Assembly: GCA_951406725.2 (NCBI GenBank)
Contig: OX597821.1
Coordinates: 79,980,001-80,044,000, forward strand
DNA from: Octopus vulgaris
Lineage: Eukaryota
Direction of reading: 5' to 3'
DNA: 64,000 bases
Below the pieces are notes generated by a model. The model ran no database searches. It had not been told where the DNA came from and saw only the letters and a program-made list of their open reading frames with translations. Below are positions 11,821 through 24,947 of this stretch, one piece after another; position 1 is the stretch's first letter; each line of letters starts with the position of its first letter. The translations under genes and the position numbers were made by a program.

Positions 11821-12549
11821 ACGATCACGAATTGGGATATATTCGTGACTTGACGCAGCTAAAGCCTTGCGTTCCTGTATTCAACTGTTGGACTACAATA
11901 GTTATTGTCAAATAAGGGAGAAGACTTCGGGTAATTAATGTCAGAGTTTTATCACAATCACTTGTATCTAATCAACCCTTGGGCTATTAAAAGTTCCAAA
12001 GTTATTCACACACACATTTACTCACTCACTCACTCACTCACTCACTCACTCACCCACTCCCCCTCTCTCTCTCTTATACACTCGATCATGCATGCACAAT
12101 GATATTTAACACGCTCATGTACATTCGAACTTGGTTAGACCGTTTGCTGTGAAAATAGACCCAGGGAAAATTTCTCCTCTTAGACAACATATAAAAATAC
12201 ACTGGGCTATAAATGATGTTTTCGGATCGTTGGACTCATATGCGTTTCTTCGTTGTTACACATTATCAGTGACGAATGCCAAATTCGCTGTTGACAAACC
12301 AGTCCGAACTAACATTCTGACATATAAGTAAAGCAAACAGTAAATTTGCTGGCGTGTGCAAAGCTTACTCAAGCTGGAATTATTTAGAGTCGCATGGAAT
12401 AGCATCAAATAAAATATAAGCATGTGCAATGAAATTTAACATTTAAAAATAAAATACAAGAAACACTGTCTACGAAGAGCTTCTCAGCAGGTGGATGGAC
12501 CCACAGTGACCCAACCCTAACACAACTTTACTTCTGGAAGACAATTTTT

Positions 12550-12870
12550 CTTTAAATTTTCTTTTATACTCTTTTATTGTTGTCAAAATTATTCCATATT
12601 TTTTCTGATCACAAATAGTTCATCTCGGACTACTTTATACAATGCACCCTTTCATTTTTAAAGACAGATCTTCCCCACATTGCCTACAAAAAACCTTCCT
12701 CTTCTAAAGATAATAGGGTAATGTTTCTAGCATGTTGAGCACAAACATTTGGGCTCTCTCCTCTCGTCTGCTTGTCGTTGTTTTTGTTATTAAGCACTCC
12801 TTATGGAGACCCCTACAATCATCAAAATCATTCCCCCTACAACTATCTCATTTTATCTTTAGACATAGAA
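12550..12870 (-). pseudogene. Possible heavily decayed RTE-clade LINE fragment
   Basis: Broken frames give DLSLKMKG..LYK..VVR, resembling LSLRVKGRLY..CVR. Many stops and indels. Confidence 0.3.
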
Positions 12871-13065
12871 TATCTAAAACCACATTATACATTGTGTTAT
12901 TTGAGGGAAATTCGGTTACTATTTCTAGTGCCGAGAGGCTGCAGAGAGGATTCATATCACCTGTTGTTGTTTAACCCAAGATAATATCTGATTACCTGTC
13001 AAAAACATCCAAGCAATGATTAACCCGTTGTTTTAACAGTTTTAACAACTGTATTATAAAATGCA

Positions 13066-13300
13066 GAAGGCACATGGCCTGGTGACTAGGATGTCACATT
13101 GGTGATCGCAAGATGGCGGTTTCTATTCCCGGATCGGGCGGTGTGTCGTGTTCCTGAACAAACACTCCATTTTGTGATGCCTCAGTTTACTCAGATGTAA
13201 ATGACTAACACTGACTCATTTTGGCGCCAGGCTTCGGAAGTTTGTTGTGATCTCAATCGCCATGGAAACCGGACAACCAAACCTAGGAGTCGAAAAAATA
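13066..13300 (+). mobile_element. Diverged SINE family D
   Basis: The GGCACATGGCCTGGTGACTAGG...TTCTATTCCCGG...GTGTTCCTGAACAAAACACT head and domain match the other D copies. Confidence 0.65.
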
Positions 13301-13769
13301 CTTACTTTCTGTTTTTTCACTATAAAATGTGCCTTTCCTATGTTAATGACCGCAGAGTGCAATTCGAGGCAGATATGACTACTTTTTCAAGCATGAAAAA
13401 CAAATCCATTGAAACTTCCTACATAACTCGTATATTATGGTTGAAACAGAAACTTAGGTTAAAATAGTTCATAGAGAGAATATACCTATTACTACAATGA
13501 GATAGACAATATAAATGTACAAGACGCCTAGAATTTGACCTTTATACAGTGTAAGGGTTGTTATATTTTTCTTCTTCTTTATAATGGTAATAAGGATAAT
13601 ATGGATGTGGCAGACACGATAACACGGTTTCAAATCGCTGTTGAAACGGATTTTGGTTCCAGAGATAATTATTGAGCAATAACTGAGAATGATGGAAGAG
13701 AATTATATTGGGGAATCGGTTAGCATTTGACACTCTAGTCTACATGACACCTACTTTGTCTCGATCATA

Positions 13770-14250
13770 CATACATGCATATGCATACATGCATATGCAT
13801 ACATACATACATACATACATACATACATACATACATACATACATACACACACATACATACATACACACATACATACATACATACATATATACATACATAC
13901 ATACATACATACATCATACATACATACACATACAAACATACATACATAAAATACATAATACATACATACATAAATACATACATACACATACATACATACA
14001 TACATACATACATACATACATACATACATACACATACATACATACATACATACACACATATACATACATACATGCATGCATACATACATATATACATACA
14101 TAAGTACACGAGTAAATCCGGACACACAAACATGCATCCATACATGTATACATACATTCGTAGAAACATGCATACTAGCATAGATATATATATACATACA
14201 TACAATGATGCACATAAGCATATACACACACACACATACACGCGCGCACA
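13770..14250. repeat. (TACA)n/(CA)n microsatellite
   Basis: Direct reading. It explains the overlapping HTYI/MYVC ORFs. Confidence 0.97.
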
Positions 14251-15134
14251 TTAAAAGCTGACGGTTCTCTAATCGAAGCTGAGTTTCACGTCACCGATTT
14301 TTCAAACAATTGAAGTAGAGAAACTTTGTTAAGCATATAAGCACAAGTGTTTGCAAATACATCTAAATATGATACATCATTGAAATTAGTCCCCGATGAT
14401 TAATAACATCTTCGGTTATGCCAAGAGGCATATTTATGTGACCGAGATCATATAATGGTGGAAATGTAAAAATAAACTCAGTTATTCATCAGCATTAAGC
14501 TACATTTACAATGACGGCTTTCGTTGACAACGTGTGTTTTATGGATATGATGAAGACATCAAAAGCCATCACTTGCTTTTGCATGTTAATAACACAAACA
14601 CACGTTTTACTTAAAACAAATGAGTCGGGAATGAGGGACACATTTTAGACAATTTTTCAGCAACCAACCACGACCTTGATGGTTAATCAAATTTGCTTGG
14701 GATTTCTTTTGTTCGTTTCTGACGCTGCTTTCATTATCAATTGTTTGAGTAATAGGCAATGTGAAACTATTAATAATTAAAGAATATTTAGCTCCTTATA
14801 CATATGCACACCATGTTATGAGTATTGAATACTTTTCCGAGTCCATAAATTCAAACATTCGCCAATTTGTATATACTTTAGTATAAATTCCACATTTCTA
14901 AACTAACTATATAAACTATATTTGGAATACAAGATAATATAACGGATTTTACATATGAATATCATGGATTATGGCAGAAGAATAACCAAAGAAGTAGATA
15001 TGGATTTAAAGACTTTCATCAGAAGCAGTAATTTTTAATTTTTAATTTATCTTTCAAACAAACACTATTTTATAGTTTTACTTCAAATTTAAAAAAATTA
15101 CCATTCGATATGGTGTACAGAATTTAAATTTTAT

Positions 15135-15224
15135 ATCTCTGAAAAGCAGAAGCGTTGTCTATAAATGCTTATCAATATAGGATTTCATTATAGGGACAAC
15201 TCTTCTGTGAAACGATCGTAAGAT
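15135..15224 (+). ncRNA. Type I hammerhead ribozyme motif (Penelope-like) with long stem II and G8 mutated
   Basis: ATCT-CTGAAAA-GCAGAAG...CTTCTGT-GAA-ACGATCGT-A-AGAT. Stems I, II and the palindromic stem III all pair. Confidence 0.65.
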
Positions 15225-15494
15225 GCTTTAAATAATTAATTAAAAACTTCTAAAGTGTTATATACGTTATATATTTATGCCTATACATATTTACATATAT
15301 TTTTTATACATATTTATATTTATTTATTTATATATGTTTAATACAACAATTATTTTTCACACGAGTATATCTTTTTGAGGAGTTTTGATATTGATTTCTT
15401 AATATTAATAATAATATATTATTAAAAGATATATATATATACATATATGTATACAAATATATATATATACATATACATGTAAATATACATATAT

Positions 15495-15565
<71 letters not shown>

Positions 15566-15689
15566 CCATATACATATATATACATATATACATATATACA
15601 TATAGATATATATATATATACATATATACATATATATGCATATATATACATGTGTTCGTACTCATTTTGCTCCGCTGCTTGGAATTTTA

Positions 15690-15910
15690 TTTTAATTCTC
15701 TCGCAGGAAGGCCTATTGGATTAGTGTTCTGTTATGCCTTCGAAACATGCTTGACTCCTCTAGCGACAGCTGATGACGGGGGTTTTGCCCTTGTGTAGCT
15801 CGTCCTGTATTTGTTTTTCGTTTTCTTGTTTTTCGTTTTCCGTTTTCTTGTTTTTTGTTTTTTGGTTTTTTCCGTTTCTACGTCTTATTGTGATGTCCTG
15901 TACTCCCGTA
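15690..15910 (+). mobile_element. Penelope-like terminal fragment, related to 24560-24735
   Basis: Shares ATGC(CT)TCGAAA...CGACA(G/A)C(T/C)GAT...CTCGTCCTGT with 24598-24670 and has a decayed hammerhead-like layout. Confidence 0.45.
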
Positions 15911-15984
15911 TAATTATTTATATATGCATGTATATATACATGTAGATGTAGGTACGTACATATATGTTTGTATGTATGCATATA

Positions 15985-16056
<72 letters not shown>

Positions 16057-16076
16057 GGCGCAGGAGTGGCTGTGTG

Positions 16077-16440
16077 GTAAGTAGCTTGTTTACCAACCAC
16101 ATGGTTCCGGGTTCAGTCCCACTGTGTGGCACCTTGGGCAAGTGTCTTCTACTATAGCCTCGGGCCGACCAAAGCCTTGTGAGAGGCTGAAAGAAGCCCG
16201 TCGTATATAAATATGTATGTATATGCTTGTGCGTCTGTGTTTGTCTCCCCACCATCCCTTGACAACCGATGTTGGTGTGTTTACGTCCCCGTTACGTAGC
16301 GGTTCGACAATAGAGACAGATAGAATGAGTACTAAGCTTACAAAGAATTAGCCCTGGGGTCGACTCGTTCGACTACAGGCGGTACTCCAGTATGGCCGTA
16401 GTCAAAATGACTGAAACAAATAAAAGAATAACAGAATAAA
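16077..16440 (+). mobile_element. Near full-length SINE family A
   Basis: Runs from GGCGCAGGAGTGGCTGTGTGGTAAG to GACTGAAACAAATAAAAGAATA. Confidence 0.92.
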
Positions 16441-16734
16441 AGTATATGCGTATGTGAATGATATTGTATTGATACAAGCCAACTGGCACATACATATAAC
16501 CGCGTATATACATCAGTAGACACGTGTTTGGATTAAGAAAATATGCGATGCTTGCTGTGTCAGTGAACTCGATATCATATCAAAGGGTTTATTTGTCGGA
16601 GCGAAAAAGGTGAGAGGTGAAAATGGGAGGGAAAGGTGGATTGTTTGACGCTGGGGAAGAAGGAATGTAAGGGAATAGTGGGAGAAACGGTGTGAGAACG
16701 TTAGCAATGGGAGTAAGGGAAATAAAAGAGAGAG

Positions 16735-16776
<42 letters not shown>

Positions 16777-16790
16777 AAGAAAGGAAGAAG

Positions 16791-16821
<31 letters not shown>

Positions 16822-17396
16822 GGAGAAGATAGGAAGGAAAAAGAGAGAGAGAGAGAGAGAGAGAGGTTGGCTTTGATAGAGAGAGTAGACAGCAGAGAAA
16901 GATAAGAGCAACCGGTTTGCAGAAAGGGATATGAATTTGTCAGAAGCGAAATGCTAGGTTCCACGGGTTCACGGATTAACTATGGGTTTCATACGCAGAA
17001 TTGTTATATGGAAATTGTTATAAATAATAATAATAATAATAATCGACCCCGAAAGGATGAAAATCAAAGTCGACCTCGACGGAATTTGGACTCATTATGT
17101 AATGACAGCGTGCTAACTATTTTGCAAATAATAATAAAACTCAAAGGAGTAGAAGAAAATCCGTGCGTGTATTTATTATTGGCATAATGACCTCTCCACG
17201 AGATTCATCAAAATATGTTTCAACACTCGAGTTTACATGAAGAATCTTGTAAATCAAACACAGAAATGAAATACTAAAGGACATTGTTTTAGAAAATTGC
17301 CAAAAAGAACTGTTAGAAAGAATTGCCAGAACTGTTGCTTATGATTGTTGTGTATAACTATTACATCGATAGGTTGTATATGATTATTATACAGAC

Positions 17397-17963
17397 CTAG
17401 GCACAAGGCCCGAAATTTTGGGTGAGGGGGCCAGTCGATTACATCGACCCCAGTACGCAACTGGTACTTAATTTATTGATCCCGAAAGGATGAAAGGCAA
17501 AGTCGACCTCGGCGGAATTTGAACTCAGAACATAAAGACAGACTAAATACCTATTTCTTTACTGCTCACAAGGGGCTACACACAGAGGGGACAAACAAGG
17601 ACAGACAAACGTATTAAGTCGATTACATCGACTCCAGTGCGTAACTGGTACTTAATTTATCGACCCCGAAAAGATGAAAGGCAAAGTCCACCTCGGCGGA
17701 ATTTCAACTCAGAACGTAACGGCAGACGAAATACCTATTTCTTTATTACCCACAAGGGGCTAAACATAGAGGGGACAAACAAGGACAGACATAGGTATAA
17801 GGTCGATTACATCGACCCCAGTGCGTAACTGGTACTTAATTTATCGACCCCGAAAGGATGAAAGGCAAAGTCGACCTCGGCGGAATTTGAACTCACAACG
17901 TAACGCAGACGAAATACCGCTACGCAGTTCGCCCGGCGTGCTAACGTTTCTGCCAGCTCGCCA
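17397..17963 (-). mobile_element. Tandem trimer of SINE family B (Nin/Deu-like domain)
   Basis: Three units of about 180 bp, each with a GCCTTTCATCCTTTCGGGGTCGATAAATTAAGTACCAG-type core. Only the first unit has the tRNA-like head. Confidence 0.88.
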
Positions 17964-18186
17964 CGTGAACTATGGAAATATTACTTATAATAGGTGCCGG
18001 CATTGCTGTATGGTTAAGAGGCTCGCTTAGCAGCTACATGGTTAATTAATAAAAAAAAAAAAAAAGGGCTCTTCTTCAGAAAAAGGAGACAGAGGAAAGT
18101 CCAAGTGAAAAGGAAGACGGAGGGAAAAATCGCCAATAATCCACATGTAGTTACATTATACATACGCACACACGCACGCACACACG

Positions 18187-18244
<58 letters not shown>

Positions 18245-18457
18245 TACGACGGACTTCTTTCAGTTTCTATCTAGCGAATCCAATCATAAGGCTTTGGTTG
18301 GCAATAATAAGGCTAGGTGCCACGCAGTGGAACTGAACCTGGAAACATGTGGTTGGGAAGCAAGCATCTTACCACACAGCCACGAGGGAAAAAAAAGACG
18401 GCTGGTCACGGCTTGAATGCTCATAGGTCTGTTCGACGAGTATTGACCTGGGACTAG

Positions 18458-18458
18458 C

Positions 18459-18527
<69 letters not shown>

Positions 18528-18630
18528 AAGAAGAAGAAGAAGAAAAAGAAGAAGAAGAAGAAGAAGAAGAAGAAGAAGAAGAAGAAGAAGAAGAAGAAGA
18601 AGAAGCAACAGCAACAGCAACAACAACCAG
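18458..18630. repeat. Compound (AAT)n-(AAG)n-(CAA)n microsatellite
   Basis: Direct reading. Confidence 0.97.
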
Positions 18631-20269
18631 AACAATTTGTGTTCCAAATATGAGCACATGACCTGAGACTTTGTTGGTGGGGCAGTCAATTACATCGACC
18701 CCAGTGGTTAACTGCTACTTATTTTACCGAGGCCGCGAGAAAATGAAAAGCAAAGTCGACCTCAGTGGAATTTTAACTAAAACAACAACAACAACAAAAA
18801 CAACAACAACAACAACAACACGTCATCAAAATCTCCTACATTCCTGTGGTCACCAAACTCCCGCACATCAAACTAATTTGACTCAATAACCCATATTTCG
18901 AAAACACGACCCTCTCCTAGCCCTAAATTAACCAGAAATTCACCCTTGTTATCTGACACACCCAGCTGCTGCCAGTTCGCCACCCGATCCTCCACGTGTT
19001 GCCCTTTGATGACTGATGAATATTTAATCGCACGTTTAGAAAACGTGTCCCTTCTAGACACCTCCCCATTATAATTTCGAAATGCCACTACGGTATCTTC
19101 TTCTAACTTTTAGGCTCTACGTTGGATTTCGCTGCCTACAACACACACCACATACATATTTATTTACTTACATATAACCATATGGATGCACATTCGTACA
19201 GATGTATCTGTACATTCACACGCGCACTAACATGCACACACTTATATTTCTAATCGCATATACACATACACTTATACATATGTCTATACGCACACATGTC
19301 ATTTCAATGTGTATTTATACACATATACACACATACATGTGTGTGTGTCTGTGTATGTATGTATGTATGTATGTATGTATATACATACATACATATATAT
19401 ATATATATATGCATGTATATATACATATTTATGCATGCATATATATATATATATGTGTGTGTGCGTGTGTGTGTGTGTGTATATACATGTATACACACAC
19501 ATAAGTTTGTAGCCACACATATATAAAGAGACAGAAAATAGATAGATAGAGAGAGAGATAGAGAGAGAGACAGATAGATAATAAATAGATAGATTGATAG
19601 ATAGATAGAGGGAGAGAGAGAGGGAGAGAAAAAGAGAGAGGGAGAGCAAATGAGAGAGACGCATACGCATATTTACAGTCAGATACGTAGACTAGTTGAA
19701 TATGTAAATACAGAAAGGGGAAGAGAACGAGTGAGAGGAAGAGATTACATGGTGAGATAAACAGATGGTTGGAGAAAATACGTACACCACAAGTTCGCAC
19801 ACACACACACATATGTTGTATACGTGTGGGTTTGTGTGTGTGTGTGTATAGATAGTGGGTGGAATTAGTGTCTTTGTATGTTACCCTTCAAATTCCTGCC
19901 ACGTTTCTAAGGTCGTTCGTATCACATGTGATACGCAGGACTTATTTCTTTGCAATCCATGCTTTATATTTGATACACATTACCAATAATTTTTCAAAGA
20001 CTAGAGTAACTTAGGAATTACGAAAGGTAAGTTTTTATATTACGCTGAATGTACGAAACAAAGGTTAACTATATGTCTGAATAAATAAATAAATAAATAA
20101 ATAAATCATGGATGTTCAGGACAAACTTATAAAAATGCTTTGGACAGGCAATGGGTTTATCTCTACTCAGATCAGCTCTATTTCAGTAGACATGGTTTAA
20201 ATTGTTCCAGTTATGACCATCCGGTTTTTTGTACAAGTCCCTAGGCCTGCATTATATGTATTCCTATAT

Positions 20270-20465
20270 TAGTTTCAAATTTTGGCACCAGGCCAGTAAT
20301 ATATCGACCCAAGAGTTCAACTGGTACTTATTTTATCGGCCTCAAAATGATGAAAAGCAAAGTCGACCTCGGCGGAATTCGAACCCAAAATGTAATGACA
20401 GACAGACGAAATGCCGCTAAACGTTTCGGCCGGTATGTTTACAATTCTGCCAGCTCGTCGCCGTA
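20270..20465 (-). mobile_element. SINE family B
   Basis: AACTGGTACTTATTTTATCG...AAAGTCGACCTCGGCGGAATT...TTCTGCCAGCTCG. Confidence 0.8.
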
Positions 20466-20483
20466 ATATATTCTTATATTAAT

Positions 20484-20844
20484 ACGAGCAAAACGCCCCC
20501 CGTCCAACGGACGGTGCTGAGTTGTCAAACATTTAAACCAAATTTTCTCAAAACAACTTGTCCGACCGTCCCATAGGTGCCCGCTTTGAGAAACACTGAT
20601 TTAACCTAAATTTGAGACACCAGAAAAAGAAGAAATAAAGATAGACTTTTTTCTAGTCCAAAGAATGCTTTATCGATCGCATTCTCATCTGGAATCGATT
20701 TTTGAAATTTTTCAAGACTTATACACGCCCTGATACTGTCGGTATCTACATATCAAATTTGAGCGTAATCGGATGGAGGATGCCCGAGATCCTAGAAGAC
20801 ACACACACACAGACAGACATACAGAACGGACTTTATATAATAGA
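20484..20844 (-). mobile_element. Short non-autonomous Helitron-like element of a second family
   Basis: The minus-strand 5' end is TCTATTATATAAAG followed by a (TCTG/TG)n tract. The 3' end has a decayed CCGTCC/GGACGG hairpin near 20499-20514. It contains a hAT-type end fragment TTTGAGAAACACTG near 20585-20598. Confidence 0.55.
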
Positions 20845-21227
20845 TGTGATTTGAATGAGATCTGAGACGTTATTTCTGGAAATCGAAAAAAGGTGACTGA
20901 ATGAGAAAGCCTCGTTTAGTCAACCGTTGCAGCGAATGGTGCAGAGATGCTTCGCTGTGCAACAATATTGTTTGTTATTGTCTCCATCAGCAGCAAGTGT
21001 TCTATAGATGTACAGTTGGTGTGCTGATGGCTTCACATGGATTAAGCAACAATTTCTTACGTACTAGACTTACGTTTATTGAATAATATTGATAGTGCAT
21101 GGTTAAATCTAATGTAATTTACTAATATATTCACACATGCATATGTCTAAATACATTACATATCTATAATAGGAATTGGGTTACCATCAAGAAACAACAG
21201 ACGACATCTTAATATAAACAGCGATTC

Positions 21228-21430
21228 TTTTACTCTTTTATGCTTTTACTTGTTTCAGTCATGTGACTGTGGCCATGCTGGAACACCGACTTATTCTTTG
21301 TAATCCCAGTACTTATTCTATCGGTCTCTATTGCCGAACCACTAAGTTACGGGGACGTAAACACACCAGCATTGGTTGTCAAGCGATGTTGGGGGGGACA
21401 AACACAGACACACAAACATATACACATGCA
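21228..21430 (-). mobile_element. SINE family A, 3' half
   Basis: Matches the tail of 2832-3060 with an internal deletion. Confidence 0.85.
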
Positions 21431-21555
21431 TACATATGTATATGTCTATCGCGTGTGGTGGTTGGATCTTCAAGTTGCCTCACGCATTTTTAGTAGCTTA
21501 GAGTTGGCTCGATTTAGAGATTATTTTTTGTGGCTAATGGCGTGAGTCCTGATTG

Positions 21556-21655
21556 GAAGAAGAAGAAGAAGAAGAAGAAGAAGAAGAAGAAGAAGAAGAA
21601 GAAGAAGAAGAAGAAGAAGAAGAAGAAGAAGAAGAAGATGAAGAAGAAGGAGAAG
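21556..21655. repeat. (GAA)n microsatellite
   Basis: Direct reading. Confidence 0.97.
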
Positions 21656-22930
21656 CAACTCTATGATAGATTATTTTGAGTCAATAGGAACTGTTGACAG
21701 ACTTACTAACAGGTAAGTTAATTGTCCTTAAACACGAACAGCGAGCAGTTAGGGAAGTAGTTCACCATTCTGTTAACCCTTTTATTAAATTCGCCAGCAG
21801 TAGAGCGCGGTTTGAAAGGCTACACCATCAAGATCGTAAAATACCCAGCGGATGTAAATGTCTCGTAGAAATTTGGAGATTCGGAGAACATGTATAAATA
21901 ACTAGTGGAAAGAAATCTACTGTTCTTGTACTCAGGCTGTAGATTTTCATTTGCACTTATTATTACAAATGCAGTGGGCTACGTAACAATAGATGTGCAT
22001 TAAAACCTAGAAAAATGAAACAAAGTGAATTCATGCACATTCTCCGAATAAAATTGGTTAGAGGTAGAGTGATTCTCTATTTGAGATTTCTAGGATGTAC
22101 GCACACACACACACATACACGCACGTACATACACGCACACACACACACACACAAAACTATACGACAAGCAATAAAAAAACTTGTATTCTACTGTGACATG
22201 CACACCCACATACACATAAGCACACACATACACACCAGCCAATTCAGATAACCACAAACCTCAGGAGCTCTGTTGATTTAAACAAAAGAGCTTTTCCATT
22301 GTCTTAGTGGACCAGCTTGAATTCTGCCAAGGTAGAAACAAAATCCCAAAATAAAAAGAAAACCCTTAAATAAACCCCAAGCAAAAATATGTATATTTAT
22401 GATCCTTTTTACCGAGATGTGATATTTTGATTTTCGCCCTAGTTAACTATTGAAACAACGCCGACATCTTAAATATTGAAATTAGCAGTATCTATGTCAC
22501 ATTCATTTATTGACTTGTTTAAAATTCCAAATGTTTCGAATTCCATCCAGAACTCTAATGTTACCAAAGTAGTTTCAGTAGTGTTGTCACAAGGAAAGTT
22601 TATGGGGCTATTAAAATGTATAACTGCAAAAATCCCTTTGCTTGATCTCAAGAGACCTTAAGTGGATCTCACTTCCTCCATAGAACAATGTATTTCGCAA
22701 TGTAGGAACAGATAAAACGTGACTACCATCTTGAATTTCAGCGTTGTTTAAATGACTGGAATTTTATAGGATATCTGTGTATATAATACGATATGCTCTG
22801 TATTGGGGGTGCAAGTCTAGCTACGTGGTTAAAACGTTTGCTTTGGTTTCTATGCTACAGCACGGCAACTTGGGAAGTTGCTTTGGGAGTAGAAGTTTTT
22901 AAATGGAGGCTGTACAGAAGTTCATCGTAT

Positions 22931-22972
<42 letters not shown>

Positions 22973-22976
<4 letters not shown>

Positions 22977-23260
22977 ACAAATTTCTACCCCAACTAAATA
23001 TGAACACACAACTCAATACAGAACACCACTAACTCTTCAATTTAAACCACTAAACCCTATACACTATCTACATCACTCACATCTCTAATTCCAGAACTAC
23101 TTACCTCCCTTACAAATAATCTTTCTTCTCAGGAACTATTAGACCTGACACCGTATATTAACCGGTGTTGTCCAAACGATGAATAGCCTTCGCGTAAACC
23201 AATTGGTTCGTTTTGTTCTCTTACTTTATTATAATTATCATCTTATAATCATCTCATAAT
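22973..23260 (+). mobile_element. Possible Penelope-like 3' end
   Basis: INKFLPQLN resembles the I..f.P.LN end of PLE GIY-YIG domains. It is followed by a GACACCG/CGGTGTT hairpin and AAACGAT. Confidence 0.35.
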
Positions 23261-23371
23261 AATGACCTTTATGACTCGTATTACTACCTCAGTCAATCTA
23301 AATGTATATATTTGTCACTACCTGTCATTTGCACAACCTCCATTTAAAAACTTCAATTATATATATATATA

Positions 23372-23420
<49 letters not shown>

Positions 23421-23432
23421 GCGTGTGTGTGT

Positions 23433-23730
23433 GGAGGCATAATGGCCCAGTGGTTACGGCTGCGGACTCGCGGTTGTAGGATCGCGGTTTCGATTCCCAC
23501 ACCGGGCGTTGTGAGTGTTTATTGAGCGAAAACACCTAAAGCTCCACGATTTTCCGGCAAGGGGTGGTGGCGATCTTTCGCCGCAACTTTCCCTCACTCT
23601 TTCTTCTGTTGGCCTGCTCGCTTAGCCAGCGGGGTGGCGTCATTTGAAGGCTAAAACAATGCGAAGCGCATTGTGACCAGCGATGTGTAGCAACATCTGA
23701 TAGCCTGGTCGGTCACGGTGATCACGGTGA
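23433..23730 (+). mobile_element. SINE family C (tRNA head) with an RTE-derived 3' tail
   Basis: A-box TGGCCCAGTGG and B-box-like GGTTTCGATTCC. The tail is shared with the RTE LINE end at 51813-51880 and finishes in (GTGATCACG)-type repeats. Confidence 0.88.
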
Positions 23731-23754
23731 TATATATATATATATATTTTTTTT

Positions 23755-23978
23755 TCTTTTACTTTTTTCTTTTCCTTTATTTGTTTCAGTCATTTGACTG
23801 CGGCCATGCCGGGGCACCGCCTTTAGTCGAAGAAATCGATCCCAAGATTTATTCTTTGTAAGCCTAGTACTCTCTTTTGCTAAACTGCTAGGTTACGAGG
23901 ACGTAAACACACCAAACGATGGTGGGGGGACAAACACAGATACATAAACACAGACACACACACACTTACACACACACT

Positions 23979-24009
<31 letters not shown>

Positions 24010-24174
24010 ATATACGACAAACTTCTTTCAGTTTCCGTCTACTAGATCCACTCACAAGGTTTTGGTCGGCCCTAGGCCATAGTAGAAGACACTTGCCCAA
24101 GGTGCTATGCAGTAGGACTGAACCCGGAACCATGTCGCTGGTAAGCAAGCTACTTTTACCACACAGCCACTCCT

Positions 24175-24178
<4 letters not shown>
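23755..24178 (-). mobile_element. Full-length SINE family A
   Basis: Colinear with 2832-3250. Confidence 0.9.
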
Positions 24179-24213
<35 letters not shown>

Positions 24214-24755
24214 CGTTTTCTATCTGTCTCTCTCTGTCTCTCTCACCCTCTTTCTTTTTTTCACTTCCACCCTCGTTGCTCACAAGTGCTCATCTTCCGT
24301 CTTTCTTTACTTCACGTGACCAACGTTCTTTTCCTGCATGGACGTTCAAAAGAACGGACATTTTTTCTCTCTCTTCTATCTCTTCTTTTTTTAAAAAAAA
24401 GAACAAAAATCTCTCTCCCAGCGTTCAATATTTTCCTCTCGTTCTAGTCTAACGACCCTCCATCTTTGTTTCCATTCGGTTTCCTTGTACGTCTCCACTG
24501 TCATATTTTTGTTCCTAACTTTGATCCTCCATAAATCCTAAATTTTGTTTTAGAATTTATGGGTGCAACTGTCTTTGAAAACTCATATTGTCATTAAATG
24601 CTCGAAATGAGGAGTAGATAGACAGCCGACAACCGATAAAGGGTCCTTTCTCTGTGCTTACTCGTCCTGTTTTCCATTTTTTTCTCGTTGTTTACGTATT
24701 TCATGTTATTTGCACTATTGGTATGTCCTGTACCATATATGCATATATGTGTATT

Positions 24756-24797
<42 letters not shown>

Positions 24798-24890
24798 TAC
24801 ATATATATATACATATGATATATATAATTTATTATTTATTATATACATACATACATACATACATACATACATACATACATACATACATAC

Positions 24891-24947
<57 letters not shown>

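Noticed and set aside
13708-14254. Long ORFs in several frames (HTYI/MYVC repeats), and similar YIYI, CVCV and LSLS ORFs throughout the window
   Set aside because: They are translations of stop-free microsatellites, not genes.
22469-22720. Short open frames on both strands in unique sequence
   Set aside because: No homology is recognisable and there is no partner exon.
23433-23505. tRNA-like sequence with A and B boxes (also at 16077, 37661, 42170 and 49640)
   Set aside because: These are SINE heads that run into repeat bodies, with no clean cloverleaf or terminator.
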